From: Candidatus Omnitrophota bacterium | GTDB taxonomy: Bacteria; Omnitrophota; Gorgyraeia; Zapsychrales; JANLHA01 | DNA: 64,000 nt | Assembly: GCA_020632555.1 (NCBI GenBank) | Contig: JACKFI010000002.1 | Location: 130,621-194,620, forward strand | Direction of reading: 5' to 3' | Part shown: piece by piece, positions 55,035 to 64,000 of the stretch | Position numbering within the stretch: the stretch's first letter is position 1 | Layout of the letters: every line of letters begins with the position of its first letter | Made by a program: the position numbers and the translations under genes | Notes under the pieces: generated by a model | What the model saw: the letters and a program-made list of their open reading frames with translations, nothing else | Databases searched by the model: none | Told to the model about the DNA's origin: nothing

Positions 55035-56138
55035 CTAAATAATTCTGTTTTCCGTTTTTTTATCAAAAAAATGCACCTTGCTCATGTCCAGAACAAGCTC
55101 CATGTCCCGATTGATCTGAGGACGATCATGAGCACCAACACGGGCAATAAAATTGTGGCGTCCGGTATTCAAATAAACAAAAACTTCTGATCCTATCGGT
55201 TCAACAACTTCACAAGTGGCCTGTATCGTATTATCCGGCGTAGCTTGCGAAACAACCAATTTGTCATAAATGTCTTCCGCCCGGACCCCAAAGATAACCT
55301 CTTGCCCTTCATACGCGCTTATTTTAGAATACATTTCCTCGACGATTTTCACATGAAATTTTCCTTCATCAAAATAATACTTTCGCTCTTTCTTAATAAC
55401 TCGGCCTTCCATGAAATTGATCGGCGGAGATCCAATAAAACTGGCCACAAACTTATTGACCGGTCGATCATACGTCTGAATTGGATCGTCACATTGCAAA
55501 ATCCGGCCATCTTTCATAACCGCGATACGATCTCCCAAAGTCATCGCTTCAATCTGATCATGAGTGACATAAATAAAAGTAGTTTGCAGACGCAAGCGGA
55601 GCTTGTGAATTTCTGTGCGCATTTGAACCCGCAATTTCGCATCTAAATTACTCAGCGGCTCGTCAAAAAGAAACACAGCCGGTTTACGAACAATGGCGCG
55701 GCCTAAAGCAACACGTTGCTGTTCCCCTCCAGAAATCTCCCGCGGACGGCGATCTAAATATTTCTTAATTCCGAGAATTTCAGCGGCTTCATGAACACGA
55801 CGAAAAATTTCCACCTTAGGCAGCTTGCGCAACTTCAGGCCAAAAGCCATATTTTCAAAAACCGTCATGTGGGGATAGAGAGCGTAATTCTGAAAAACCA
55901 TCGCGATATTGCGATCTTTGGCGGGCACGTCATTAACTCGTCGATCTCCAATCCAAATGTCTCCGGATGGAATCTCTTCAAGGCCGGCAATCATTCGCAG
56001 AGTGGTGGATTTACCGCACCCGGAGGGACCAACCAAAACCAAAAACTCTTTATTCTTAATTTCTAAGCTAACTTGATCAACAGCCTTGGCCCCATTGCGG
56101 TAGACCTTGCTAACATTTTTTAAGCTGATCTGCACCAT
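55035..56138 (-). CDS. ABC transporter ATP-binding protein, MalK/UgpC/MsmX type (no permease adjacent)
   Basis: ATG at 56138. Walker A is 'GPSGCGKST', the signature is 'ISGGEQQRVALGRA', and Walker B is 'FLFDEPLSNLD'. A C-terminal TOBE-like regulatory domain is present. Confidence 0.9.
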   Translation of the reverse strand: MVQISLKNVSKVYRNGAKAVDQVSLEIKNKEFLVLVGPSGCGKSTTLRMIAGLEEIPSGDIWIGDRRVNDVPAKDRNIAMVFQNYALYPHMTVFENMAFGLKLRKLPKVEIFRRVHEAAEILGIKKYLDRRPREISGGEQQRVALGRAIVRKPAVFLFDEPLSNLDAKLRVQMRTEIHKLRLRLQTTFIYVTHDQIEAMTLGDRIAVMKDGRILQCDDPIQTYDRPVNKFVASFIGSPPINFMEGRVIKKERKYYFDEGKFHVKIVEEMYSKISAYEGQEVIFGVRAEDIYDKLVVSQATPDNTIQATCEVVEPIGSEVFVYLNTGRHNFIARVGAHDRPQINRDMELVLDMSKVHFFDKKTENRII

Positions 56139-56202
56139 AAACAAAACCGTCGCTGTCGATTTTTATTCTAGCCAAAGCTCTGCAACAAAAAAATGAATTT
56201 CA

Positions 56203-57144
56203 TTATAACCCCAAGAGGGCCCGCAGTGTGGTACGAGCTGTATCCATAATCCCTTTTGATTTGCTGTAAAGCTTATCGTATTCATCGCTAAAAACGGTAT
56301 ATTGATGCTCAAAGGCTTTATCACTTTGCGAATCCAATTTTTGAGGCTCTTTAATCTCCCGCCACAATAAAGAAAGCATGCGTTCAATACGCTCAATCTG
56401 GTCAACACACCCTCGATAACGTCGGAAAGATCTATTATCAGACAATGTTCCTAAAAAAGCCTTGGAAATATCATAACGCCATTTGGCCTCTTCATAATTC
56501 CAAGACCTGATCAAGAAATTTAAGGTCTGCTCATAAGCAAAACTTCGATTCTTGATAATCAACTCACGCAAGACCGATGTCTTAATATTCAAAAACTCCG
56601 ATCGCGCCCTATTCAACGGAAAAGAACGAATACTTTTTGAAATTTCCGGAAACCAATTAGCCAAAAGAGAATACGTTCCATAAGTATCGACCAAGCTTTT
56701 CGCGCTGTATTGATTACCAGTGCGAAAATCCCCAATCACAATATCTGAAGTTGTGGTTTTGATAAACTCCGTCAGATTATTATAAAAACCAACATCCTCC
56801 TCCACATAATCAATATCACCCGGGATTTGCACAATGCGCTCAGCGTCGGGATAATGATCAAGAATATGTCCCCAGCCGGAAAGCCACGTCTGGCAAGTAT
56901 CGACCGACCAAGCTTGCACAACCTCCAGCGTCTGATAGCGGGGGTCTTTCAAAAAAGAAACCGCATCTTTGCGGATAATAGTCTCCCGTGGGATAACAAC
57001 AACCGGTTTGGGATCAATCTCTTTACAGCGGTCAACCGTCCACCAAAAATACCATTCACACTGCTTATTATGCTCATATCCCATGTAGGGAAAAATGATC
57101 AATGGTTTTGAATTCATAGCTTTTTCAGTTGATTGCCTATGCAT
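56203..57144 (-). CDS. hypothetical protein (no recognisable motif; weak GT-A-like feel)
   Basis: 313-aa ORF with ATG candidates at 57144 or 57117. It is co-oriented between the MFS transporter and the ATPase. The ORF at 56163..56408 overlapping it is rejected. Confidence 0.4.
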   Translation of the reverse strand: MHRQSTEKAMNSKPLIIFPYMGYEHNKQCEWYFWWTVDRCKEIDPKPVVVIPRETIIRKDAVSFLKDPRYQTLEVVQAWSVDTCQTWLSGWGHILDHYPDAERIVQIPGDIDYVEEDVGFYNNLTEFIKTTTSDIVIGDFRTGNQYSAKSLVDTYGTYSLLANWFPEISKSIRSFPLNRARSEFLNIKTSVLRELIIKNRSFAYEQTLNFLIRSWNYEEAKWRYDISKAFLGTLSDNRSFRRYRGCVDQIERIERMLSLLWREIKEPQKLDSQSDKAFEHQYTVFSDEYDKLYSKSKGIMDTARTTLRALLGL

Positions 57145-57182
57145 GATTTATCAAAATTTATCGTAAACGTTCGAAGAATTCC

Positions 57183-58883
57183 TTAAGTCTTGCCTCGTCT
57201 GGCTTCCAATTGTTGACGAATTTCGTAAGCCTTATCTTCAGAAATATCAAAAGTCATAATAATATAAATCGCGATCAAAGACGTAACTATCGGAATCCCA
57301 ACATCACAAACTCTCATATAAAATAAAGCATGCGCGGTCTGATTTAAACCCGATTTAATATCAAAACCCGTCGCATTCAACAAAACTCCAGACAGCATCG
57401 ACGCACCGGCTATCCCCAGTTTTTGTATCCACCAATAAATACCACTAAACATTCCCTCGCGGCGCGTACCAGTTTGCAATTCATCCAAATCACAAACATC
57501 CGCGATCATCGAGCAGACAATCGTAAAAAGTGACCCCAAATGAAAGGCTAAGAATGGCGTGGCAACCAAAAGCAAGTAAGGTTGCGCGGCATTATATCCG
57601 ACCCACTTTAGAATATACCCAAAGATAGCCAACGACATTGTGATCAAAAAAGTTTTCCTTTTTCCAAGCATCGACGATATCGATGTGGTTAAGGGGATTG
57701 CAATGAAAGCTGTGCAAATTGAACTAAGCGTTCCAAAAGCGCCCAGTAAGGCTCCCCCATTTTGGTACATCAAGTCCATCGTCGGTTGTCCACCAAAAAC
57801 ATAGAAAAAAACAACATAAGCAGTGAACGCCGAGGCGAGCATAAACCCATTAAAAATAAGAAATGTCACTACAACAAGCTTAACAAATGGACCACATTTA
57901 AACGAAGTGGCACAATTATGCAAAATATCTTTAATCACGCTTATATTTCCAAGTCTTGCGAGGAATAAAAAGACACCAGCAAAAATCGCCAACAAAAAAC
58001 AAAATTTCACTAATGCCCCATGATTAAAAAATGTTCCAGTAAGGATAGGATGAATCGATAAAAATATCGCAAACAAAAGCATGACCCGAGCAAAAATTTT
58101 AGAAGAGACCATCGGCGCACTCAAAAATTCACGAATTGGATTACTTTTCTCCTTAATAGCCTTGGGCAAGTTGGCATAAATCTCTTTATTAAAAATCGCC
58201 GGAAGCACCCCAAACATCGTAATAAGTACCCCAACGACAATAGAAATAACCCGAACCGCATGAGTAATATCTGTAAATGGGGAATTAAAATGAACGATCG
58301 TCCATTTCCATATTTTGAGATCAACAATTTTGGATGTCATAATCAAGGGAATCCAAGGGGCGATCATCCAAGCTGGTTGAGCAAAAAAACTGGCATACGC
58401 TTGCAAGCGGGTGCGTTCATGATAATCCGGGGTCATTTCATAACCCAAAGCAAGCCATGGAATTGAATAACAAGTAAAAGCCACAACAAAAAGACACTGA
58501 ATGATTAATATATACCAAAAATAGTAATTCTCGCTGCGTCCAGGATACAGCTGAAACATGGCGGCTAATAAAATCCCTGAGGTGACCGCTCCAAAAAGAA
58601 TCCATGGCTTACGACGTCCAAAACGAGTACGCGTATTATCCGAACTATATCCAATCAAAGGATCTGAAAATGCATCGAGAAAGCGCGGAACAGCACCAAT
58701 GACCCCAACCAAGGCCGGATTGACACCTAACCCAAGGTTCAAAACAAGAATTAACTGTCCCGTCGCGGCCGCCGCAAACTGATTAACAAATGATCCAATC
58801 CCATAAACAACCTTTTGAAAAAATGGAATGCGATCCGCAATGGCTGTCTGATGATGAGTTGACTGATCCTTAACTTGCGACAT
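57183..58883 (-). CDS. MFS transporter, glycoside-pentoside-hexuronide (GPH/MelB-like) family
   Basis: 566 aa with ~12-14 TM segments. It carries the GPH N-terminal signature 'PRFLDAFSDPLIGYSSDNTRTRFGRRKPW'. Confidence 0.8.
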   Translation of the reverse strand: MSQVKDQSTHHQTAIADRIPFFQKVVYGIGSFVNQFAAAATGQLILVLNLGLGVNPALVGVIGAVPRFLDAFSDPLIGYSSDNTRTRFGRRKPWILFGAVTSGILLAAMFQLYPGRSENYYFWYILIIQCLFVVAFTCYSIPWLALGYEMTPDYHERTRLQAYASFFAQPAWMIAPWIPLIMTSKIVDLKIWKWTIVHFNSPFTDITHAVRVISIVVGVLITMFGVLPAIFNKEIYANLPKAIKEKSNPIREFLSAPMVSSKIFARVMLLFAIFLSIHPILTGTFFNHGALVKFCFLLAIFAGVFLFLARLGNISVIKDILHNCATSFKCGPFVKLVVVTFLIFNGFMLASAFTAYVVFFYVFGGQPTMDLMYQNGGALLGAFGTLSSICTAFIAIPLTTSISSMLGKRKTFLITMSLAIFGYILKWVGYNAAQPYLLLVATPFLAFHLGSLFTIVCSMIADVCDLDELQTGTRREGMFSGIYWWIQKLGIAGASMLSGVLLNATGFDIKSGLNQTAHALFYMRVCDVGIPIVTSLIAIYIIMTFDISEDKAYEIRQQLEARRGKT

Positions 58884-59000
58884 GTACGACCTCCAGATTA
58901 TATAAGGACAGCCAAGTGTCCGATTTCAATTAAGTGGCGCATTATAACAAACAATATTAAACGGTGCAAGAATTCGGCTGCTCGATCAAAACAAATTAAA

Positions 59001-59867
59001 TTACTTTTCAGATTTGGCCACAAGAGGGGATTGCGAATAGCTAATCAAATGTCCAATGGTGCTTTTCATTTCTTTGCGTTCAACAATCATATCAATCAAG
59101 CCATGCGCCAAGAGAAATTCCGCTCGCTGAAATCCTTCGGGAAGTTTTTTACGAATTGTTTGCTCGACCACACGCGGACCAGCAAAACCAACCAAGGCTT
59201 TAGGCTCAGCCATTATAATATCCCCGACACCAGCAAAAGAAGCCATAATCCCGCCCATCGTTGGATCAGTCAAAACAGAAATATATAATAATCCCGCTTG
59301 ATGATGCCGCGCTAAAGCCGCGCACGTCTTGGCCATTTGCATCAGGGAAAACATCCCTTCATACATACGCGCCCCGCCGCCAGACCCCGAAACAATAATC
59401 ACCGGAAGTTTCTTCTTAATCGCATATTCAATCATCCGCGTAATCCGCTCACCAACAACAGATCCCATCGAACCCATAATAAAACGAGAATCCGTCACCG
59501 CGATTCCCACCAATTTCCCCTCGATCTTACCAACACCAGTAATCACCGCGTCTTTGAGTCCAGTGATTTTCTGATCAGCGGCTATTTTGTCCTTATAAGT
59601 CTTTAACCCCTTAAAATCCAATGGATCTTGCGACATCAAGTCAGCATCATGTTCTTCAAAAGTTCCTTCATCAATTAAAAGTTCCACACGTTCTAAAGCG
59701 GTCAATGGAAAATGATATCCACAATTCGTGCAAACATTTTTATTATTCTTTAAACCCTTAACGTAAGACGGCGATTCACACTCCGGACATTTGGACCAGA
59801 TGCCTTCCGGAATATTACGCTTGCGCAAACTCACCAAAGTGTATTTATTTCTTCCAAATAGTGTCAT
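59001..59867 (-). CDS. accD: acetyl-CoA carboxylase carboxyltransferase beta subunit
   Basis: 288 aa. It carries the N-terminal zinc ribbon 'CPECESP...CTNCGYH', plus 'GGSMGSVVGE' and 'SGGARMYEG'. Confidence 0.9.
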   Translation of the reverse strand: MTLFGRNKYTLVSLRKRNIPEGIWSKCPECESPSYVKGLKNNKNVCTNCGYHFPLTALERVELLIDEGTFEEHDADLMSQDPLDFKGLKTYKDKIAADQKITGLKDAVITGVGKIEGKLVGIAVTDSRFIMGSMGSVVGERITRMIEYAIKKKLPVIIVSGSGGGARMYEGMFSLMQMAKTCAALARHHQAGLLYISVLTDPTMGGIMASFAGVGDIIMAEPKALVGFAGPRVVEQTIRKKLPEGFQRAEFLLAHGLIDMIVERKEMKSTIGHLISYSQSPLVAKSEK

Positions 59868-59891
59868 AGAAAATTTTTCTGTTTAAAGATT

Positions 59892-61157
59892 TTATGCAAT
59901 CCGATGAGAAACCAGCCCTGAAAGAACTTTGGGATAAAAATATGTAGTCTTAGGCGGCATACGCTCACCATTTAAGGCAACAGCTTTCAACTGCTGAATC
60001 CTCACAGGATTCATAATAAATCCCGCATCGGCAATACCCTCATCAACTTGAGAAATGACCTCCAGCGCGTCCTTGGTGTAAATGATATCTTCTGACTGAA
60101 CACCCATCTTATCAAAAACAAAATATTTGAGAATCGTCGCGTCCAACCGACGATAATCCTTAGAACCTTCCTGAATCGTTTTATCAATCAAAGCTTTATT
60201 TTTCAGCCGCAATAATAGATATCCGTCCTTGGTATACAAACCAAAGGCATGTTCATTTTGACCAGCTTTCGTCAATAAAACCATAAAGTCATTTTTATTT
60301 TTAACGCGGTCCATACGAAAGAATTCTTCCAAAAAAGAAAGTTGGCCGGGAAGCTTGGTGACAATGCGATGCATCGGAAAGATTTTTAAATCTTTCGAAT
60401 CAATATTTGTAAAATACGTCATTACATAATTAAAAGGCTCTTTGCCGGTTGGCTTGGTAATCTGCGCTAATTTATGGCGGCGAACTTCACAAGCCACTTC
60501 ATAACGATGATGCCCATCGGCGATAAACAGCGATTGACTGGCTAAAGTCGCAACAATTTGATTGGTTAACTGAGGATCATCTAATTTCCAAAACAAATGC
60601 TTAACCCCGTCATCATCCGTTACTTCAAATAACGGTTTGGTAATCGCCAAATGAGTAATAAAAATCTTTTCAATTTTTCTTTCCCGATCAGAAAAACATA
60701 CAAAAATCGGACTCAAATTCGCGTCCACACTGGTCCACAACTTAAAACGATCTTGTTTGGCAGCGGTATGAGTCTTTTCATGCGGAAAAATCTTGGAATC
60801 TTTATCATCCTGAATTTTCATTGCGGCAATAAAACCCAACCGGCTATGACGTTCCCCTTGAATTTTATATTCTTGCCGATAATAATAAATCGCCGGCTGC
60901 TCATCTTGAATGAAAATACCGCTATCCAGCCACTGATTTAAGAACTCTTTAGCCCGGCTATACTTATTCTGCCCATCATGATCACCCGGCTTATCTTTGC
61001 CATGCTCAAGTCGAATGAAATTATATTCACTTTTTGCGTAAAAACCATCCTGCTGCACTGATGAAATCACATCATACGGCGGACACATCACCTTTGAAAG
61101 ATTACTAATTTTCTCCGGATTATAACGAATACCTTGAAAAGCTTTGATTTCAGTCAT
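59892..61157 (-). CDS. DUF1015 domain protein
   Basis: 421 aa. It carries 'IKAFQGIRYNPEK', 'IADGHHRYE' and 'PPKTTYFYPK', typical of DUF1015. Confidence 0.75.
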   Translation of the reverse strand: MTEIKAFQGIRYNPEKISNLSKVMCPPYDVISSVQQDGFYAKSEYNFIRLEHGKDKPGDHDGQNKYSRAKEFLNQWLDSGIFIQDEQPAIYYYRQEYKIQGERHSRLGFIAAMKIQDDKDSKIFPHEKTHTAAKQDRFKLWTSVDANLSPIFVCFSDRERKIEKIFITHLAITKPLFEVTDDDGVKHLFWKLDDPQLTNQIVATLASQSLFIADGHHRYEVACEVRRHKLAQITKPTGKEPFNYVMTYFTNIDSKDLKIFPMHRIVTKLPGQLSFLEEFFRMDRVKNKNDFMVLLTKAGQNEHAFGLYTKDGYLLLRLKNKALIDKTIQEGSKDYRRLDATILKYFVFDKMGVQSEDIIYTKDALEVISQVDEGIADAGFIMNPVRIQQLKAVALNGERMPPKTTYFYPKVLSGLVSHRIA

Positions 61158-61301
61158 AATTAAAAAATCTGCTCACCGCAGATTCATCACTTTCTCATTT
61201 ATCATATTAAATTTAGAAATTCAGTAGACCAGACGAAGGTCATAATAGCAAAAGAGCAAAAAAAAGGTACCAAATTCTTAAAAATCTTTGCCACTATTTG
61301 G

Positions 61302-61589
61302 TTATGATTTGCTGGCTGTTTTGGCGGGAGTCGAAGTACCAGCGCAACCGCAACCGCCCGAGTGACAATGTCCGCTGCTTTGGGCAGGTTTCGATTCCGC
61401 GGGCTTATTTTTATAATCCGTTTCGTAAAACCCAGATCCCTTAAAAATAATGCCACTGCCACCACCAATATGACGAACCAAAGACATTTTGGCGCATTTA
61501 GGACATTTTCTTAACTTCTTATCCGTCATCGACTGCAAGGCTTCAAAAAGATACGAACATGATTCACATTCATATTGATACGTTGGCAT
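61302..61589 (-). CDS. FmdB-family (CxxC_CxxC_SSSS) zinc-ribbon protein
   Basis: It starts 'MPTYQYECESCSYLFE...CPKCAK' and has a Gly/Cys/His-rich tail 'GHCHSGGCGC'. Confidence 0.85.
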   Translation of the reverse strand: MPTYQYECESCSYLFEALQSMTDKKLRKCPKCAKMSLVRHIGGGSGIIFKGSGFYETDYKNKPAESKPAQSSGHCHSGGCGCAGTSTPAKTASKS

Positions 61590-61623
61590 GATTTTCTCCG
61601 TTTTAAACTTTTTTGTTTCTTTT

Positions 61624-61702
61624 CAATTTTGGGAACCGTTTTTAGACTCAATTGTTTGGCGCCTCTATGGCGCTATTCGCCTTAAAACGGTTCCCAAAAT
61701 TG
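61624..61702. repeat. perfect 19-bp inverted repeat with 41-nt spacer
   Basis: caattttgggaaccgtttt (61624-61642) pairs with aaaacggttcccaaaattg (61684-61702). The spacer holds an inner hairpin GCGCC-tctat-GGCGC. The element lies between the dnaJ stop and the fmdB-like start. Confidence 0.9.
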
Positions 61703-61708
61703 ACAAAC

Positions 61709-62845
61709 TTATTTAAACACATTCTTCAGCTTATCCGCCAAAGAATCAGTGCCTGTTGAAATTTTATCACCACTGCTCTTAGCAAATTCTTCCAACAATG
61801 TGCGTTGTTCTGCTGTCAAATGTTGTGGCACACTAATCATCACTTTAACATATTGTTCGCCATGCCCGCCCTGATGCAAATCCACCATCCCCTTGCCTTT
61901 TAAACGGAAAACTTTACCGCTTTGCGTCCCAGCAGGAATTTTCATCGCGACATTACCACTTAAAGTCGGCACCGAAACTTCTCCACCTAAGGCAGCAATC
62001 ACAAAACTCACTGGAAGTTCAAAATGCAAATCTTTGCCATTGCGTTCATACAAAGAATGCCGACGGACAAGAATATAAAGGTACAAATCTCCCGGACCAG
62101 CCGCGCCAACTTCCCCTTCACCTTTAACCCGCAAACGCGTGTCATTATCAACACCCGCTGGAATATTGACATCAATATTGCGGGTAACCTTGACAACCCC
62201 TTGGCCATGACACGCCGGACAATACTCAGTAATGATTTTACCTTGACCGCCGCACGCCGAACAGGTCTGCGCCATACGAAAAAATCCATTGGACATCACA
62301 ACTTGTCCTTGCCCTTTACAGGTCGTACACGTCTTTGCCTTACTGCCCGGCTTAGCTCCATCCCCATTGCAGGTTATGCAATGCTCATGACGAGGCACTT
62401 TGATTTTCTTCTTCACACCGGCATAAGCATCTTCTAGTGTGATTTCAACTTCATATTGAATATCCCGACCTCGACGCGCACGGTTCGAACGGCCAGAACC
62501 TGCCCCGCCCATCACCGATTCACCAAAAAAACTACCCAAAATATCTCCCAGACCGGATTCCCCAAAAATACTGCTAAAATCCGCACCCTTGAAAATATCT
62601 TCAGATGTGTAGCGCTGATCAATGCCCGAATGGCCATATTGATCATACATTTGCCGCTTTTGCGCATCGGATAAAACACCGTAAGCTTCCGAAATTTCTT
62701 TAAATTTCTCCTCAGCTGCCTTCTTTTCCGCTTCCGGCACGCGATCAGGATGAAATTTCAAGGCCATCGAACGATACGCTTTTTTAATAGCCGCGGCATC
62801 CGCGTCCTTGGCAATCCCGAGAATTTCGTAATAATCTTTTTTCAT
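61709..62845 (-). CDS. dnaJ: molecular chaperone DnaJ
   Basis: 378 aa. It has a J domain ('DYYEILGI...KFHPDR'), a G/F region and four CxxCxGxG zinc motifs. Confidence 0.95.
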   Translation of the reverse strand: MKKDYYEILGIAKDADAAAIKKAYRSMALKFHPDRVPEAEKKAAEEKFKEISEAYGVLSDAQKRQMYDQYGHSGIDQRYTSEDIFKGADFSSIFGESGLGDILGSFFGESVMGGAGSGRSNRARRGRDIQYEVEITLEDAYAGVKKKIKVPRHEHCITCNGDGAKPGSKAKTCTTCKGQGQVVMSNGFFRMAQTCSACGGQGKIITEYCPACHGQGVVKVTRNIDVNIPAGVDNDTRLRVKGEGEVGAAGPGDLYLYILVRRHSLYERNGKDLHFELPVSFVIAALGGEVSVPTLSGNVAMKIPAGTQSGKVFRLKGKGMVDLHQGGHGEQYVKVMISVPQHLTAEQRTLLEEFAKSSGDKISTGTDSLADKLKNVFK

Positions 62846-64000
62846 TTTGTATCGCTATCCGCTTTAAAATCCGCGTCAATAACATCTTCGTCCTTACCGG
62901 CTGGCTTTTCAGCTGATTGCTCTGTTTGAGCTCCAGCTTCAGGCTGTTGTTGATCAGCGCCGCCCTGAGCAGCTTGTTGACTGGCCGTTGACTTATAAAC
63001 TTCTTCAGCTAATTTATGGCTCACCTTTTGCAAAGCTTCCATACTGGACTTGATTTTAACCTGATCTTTAGCCTTAACCGCTTCTTTTAAAAGACCCAAT
63101 TCTTTCTCAATATTTTCTTTGTCCGACGCAGAAACTTTATCACCATAATCTTTAAGCGATTTCTCCGTTGAATAAACCAAAGTGTTGGCCTGATTGACCA
63201 ATTCAATTTCCTCACGCTGTTTTTTATCCTCTTGCGCGAACTTTTCCGCGTCCTTGATCATTTTATCAATGTCTTCTTGCGATAACTTGGTTGGTGCAGT
63301 AATTTTGATTGTTTGTTCTTTGCCGGTACCGGTATCTTTTGCCGTCACATGCACAATCCCATTAGAATCAATGTCAAAAGTAACTTCAATTTTAGGAACA
63401 CCGCGCGGCGCTGGCGGAATGCCAACTAAATCAAAACGTCCCAATTCCGTATTGGCGCTGGCCAATTCCCGTTCTCCCTGCAAAACACGAATCGTCACCG
63501 CTGGTTGATTATCCGCGGCGGTTGAATACACTTGCGACTTTTTGGTTGGAATCGTTGTATTTCGCTCAATCAATTTATTAAACAATCCACCTTCAACTTC
63601 AATACCCAAAGACAATGGCGTAACATCCAAAAGAAGAACTTCCTTGGCATCACCCTTAATGATACCCGCTTGAATAGCCGCTCCCATCGCCACACATTCC
63701 ATCGGATCAATACCGCGTTCAATAGTTTGGCCAACTTCTTTTTCCACAAAAGTTTGAACAATCGGCATACGCGTTGGACCGCCAACTAAAATAATTTTAT
63801 CAACCTTAACTTCACTGCCTAATTTTGTTGAAGCATCTTTCATCGCCTGAACAATTGGTCCCCGGCAACGATCAATCAAAGGCGAAACCAATTGCTCTAA
63901 TTTGGCGCGATCCAAAGGCATTGTCAAATGTTTCGGCCCGCTGGCATCCGCAGTAATAAAGGGAAGATTAATTTCCGTCGATACTGTGCTGGAAAGCTCA
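62842..64000 (-). CDS. dnaK: molecular chaperone DnaK, C-terminal part (5' end outside the window)
   Basis: The frame stays open to the window edge. It carries '[11 protein letters not shown]', '[10 protein letters not shown]' and '[19 protein letters not shown]'. The Met at 63927 in the track is internal. The stop overlaps the dnaJ start. Confidence 0.95.
   Translation of the reverse strand, partial: ELSSTVSTEINLPFITADASGPKHLTMPLDRAKLEQLVSPLIDRCRGPIVQAMKDASTKLGSEVKVDKIILVGGPTRMPIVQTFVEKEVGQTIERGIDPMECVAMGAAIQAGIIKGDAKEVLLLDVTPLSLGIEVEGGLFNKLIERNTTIPTKKSQVYSTAADNQPAVTIRVLQGERELASANTELGRFDLVGIPPAPRGVPKIEVTFDIDSNGIVHVTAKDTGTGKEQTIKITAPTKLSQEDIDKMIKDAEKFAQEDKKQREEIELVNQANTLVYSTEKSLKDYGDKVSASDKENIEKELGLLKEAVKAKDQVKIKSSMEALQKVSHKLAEEVYKSTASQQAAQGGADQQQPEAGAQTEQSAEKPAGKDEDVIDADFKADSDTK

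Noticed and set aside
61202-61468. 88-aa ORF overlapping the FmdB zinc-ribbon gene. The 56163..56408 ORF overlapping the 313-aa gene is similar.
   Set aside because: These are alternative frames of genes with recognisable signatures or better initiation context.
1-64000. CRISPR arrays, rRNA genes, tRNA genes and known riboswitch consensus sequences.
   Set aside because: I read all intergenic gaps over ~60 nt. None shows regularly spaced direct repeats, cloverleaf-compatible structure, or motifs I recognise from TPP, SAM, c-di-GMP or cobalamin riboswitches.

Overview
This is a 64-kb chromosomal segment from a diderm bacterium, judged by lptD, an MFP-RND-OMF efflux set and heptose/LPS-type glycan genes. 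GC looks moderate to low. I found no rRNA, tRNA or CRISPR array. From about 7.3 kb to the right edge, every convincing gene is on the minus strand.

Gene order from right to left:
- dnaK (partial) and dnaJ, an FmdB zinc-ribbon gene, a DUF1015 gene and accD.
- A GPH-type MFS transporter, an unknown 313-aa protein and an orphan MalK-like ATPase.
- Two tandem GAF-GGDEF cyclases, a ROK kinase and lptD.
- An ~18-kb nucleotide-sugar/glycan cluster: ugd, an NDP-sugar dehydrogenase, a UXS-like decarboxylase, a split mini E1-like ThDP enzyme interrupted by a MntA/HepT toxin-antitoxin pair, an fcl-like gene, an SDR, a B12-radical-SAM enzyme, a heptose-type GHMP kinase, a nucleotidyltransferase, two DegT aminotransferases, GT4, GT2, GT9, gmhB and GT28.
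- priA and fmt.
- A ~1.35-kb Fic cassette bracketed by a diverged duplication of the fmt 3' end.
- An MFP-RND-OMF efflux operon in which RND and OMF share one 1501-codon frame.
- A ZIP transporter, membrane GT-C enzymes, galE, an RNase II-family gene, and a binding protein plus GGDEF-EAL sensor.

The left 7.3 kb is accessory. It holds two decayed IS elements (IS481-like and ISNCY-like), an RS-rich gene followed by a frameshifted CxxC-x17-CxxC gene, and a 96-nt palindromic repeat. Part of that repeat recurs at the edge of the Fic cassette. It also holds a pRiA4b-ORF3-like gene, a DUF1016N-SNase fusion and a YdjM-like hydrolase.

The supplied ORF track takes the longest ORF and allows ATG, GTG and TTG starts. 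I trimmed several starts to internal ATGs that have Shine-Dalgarno support. All family calls rest on motifs I recognise by eye; no database search was run.
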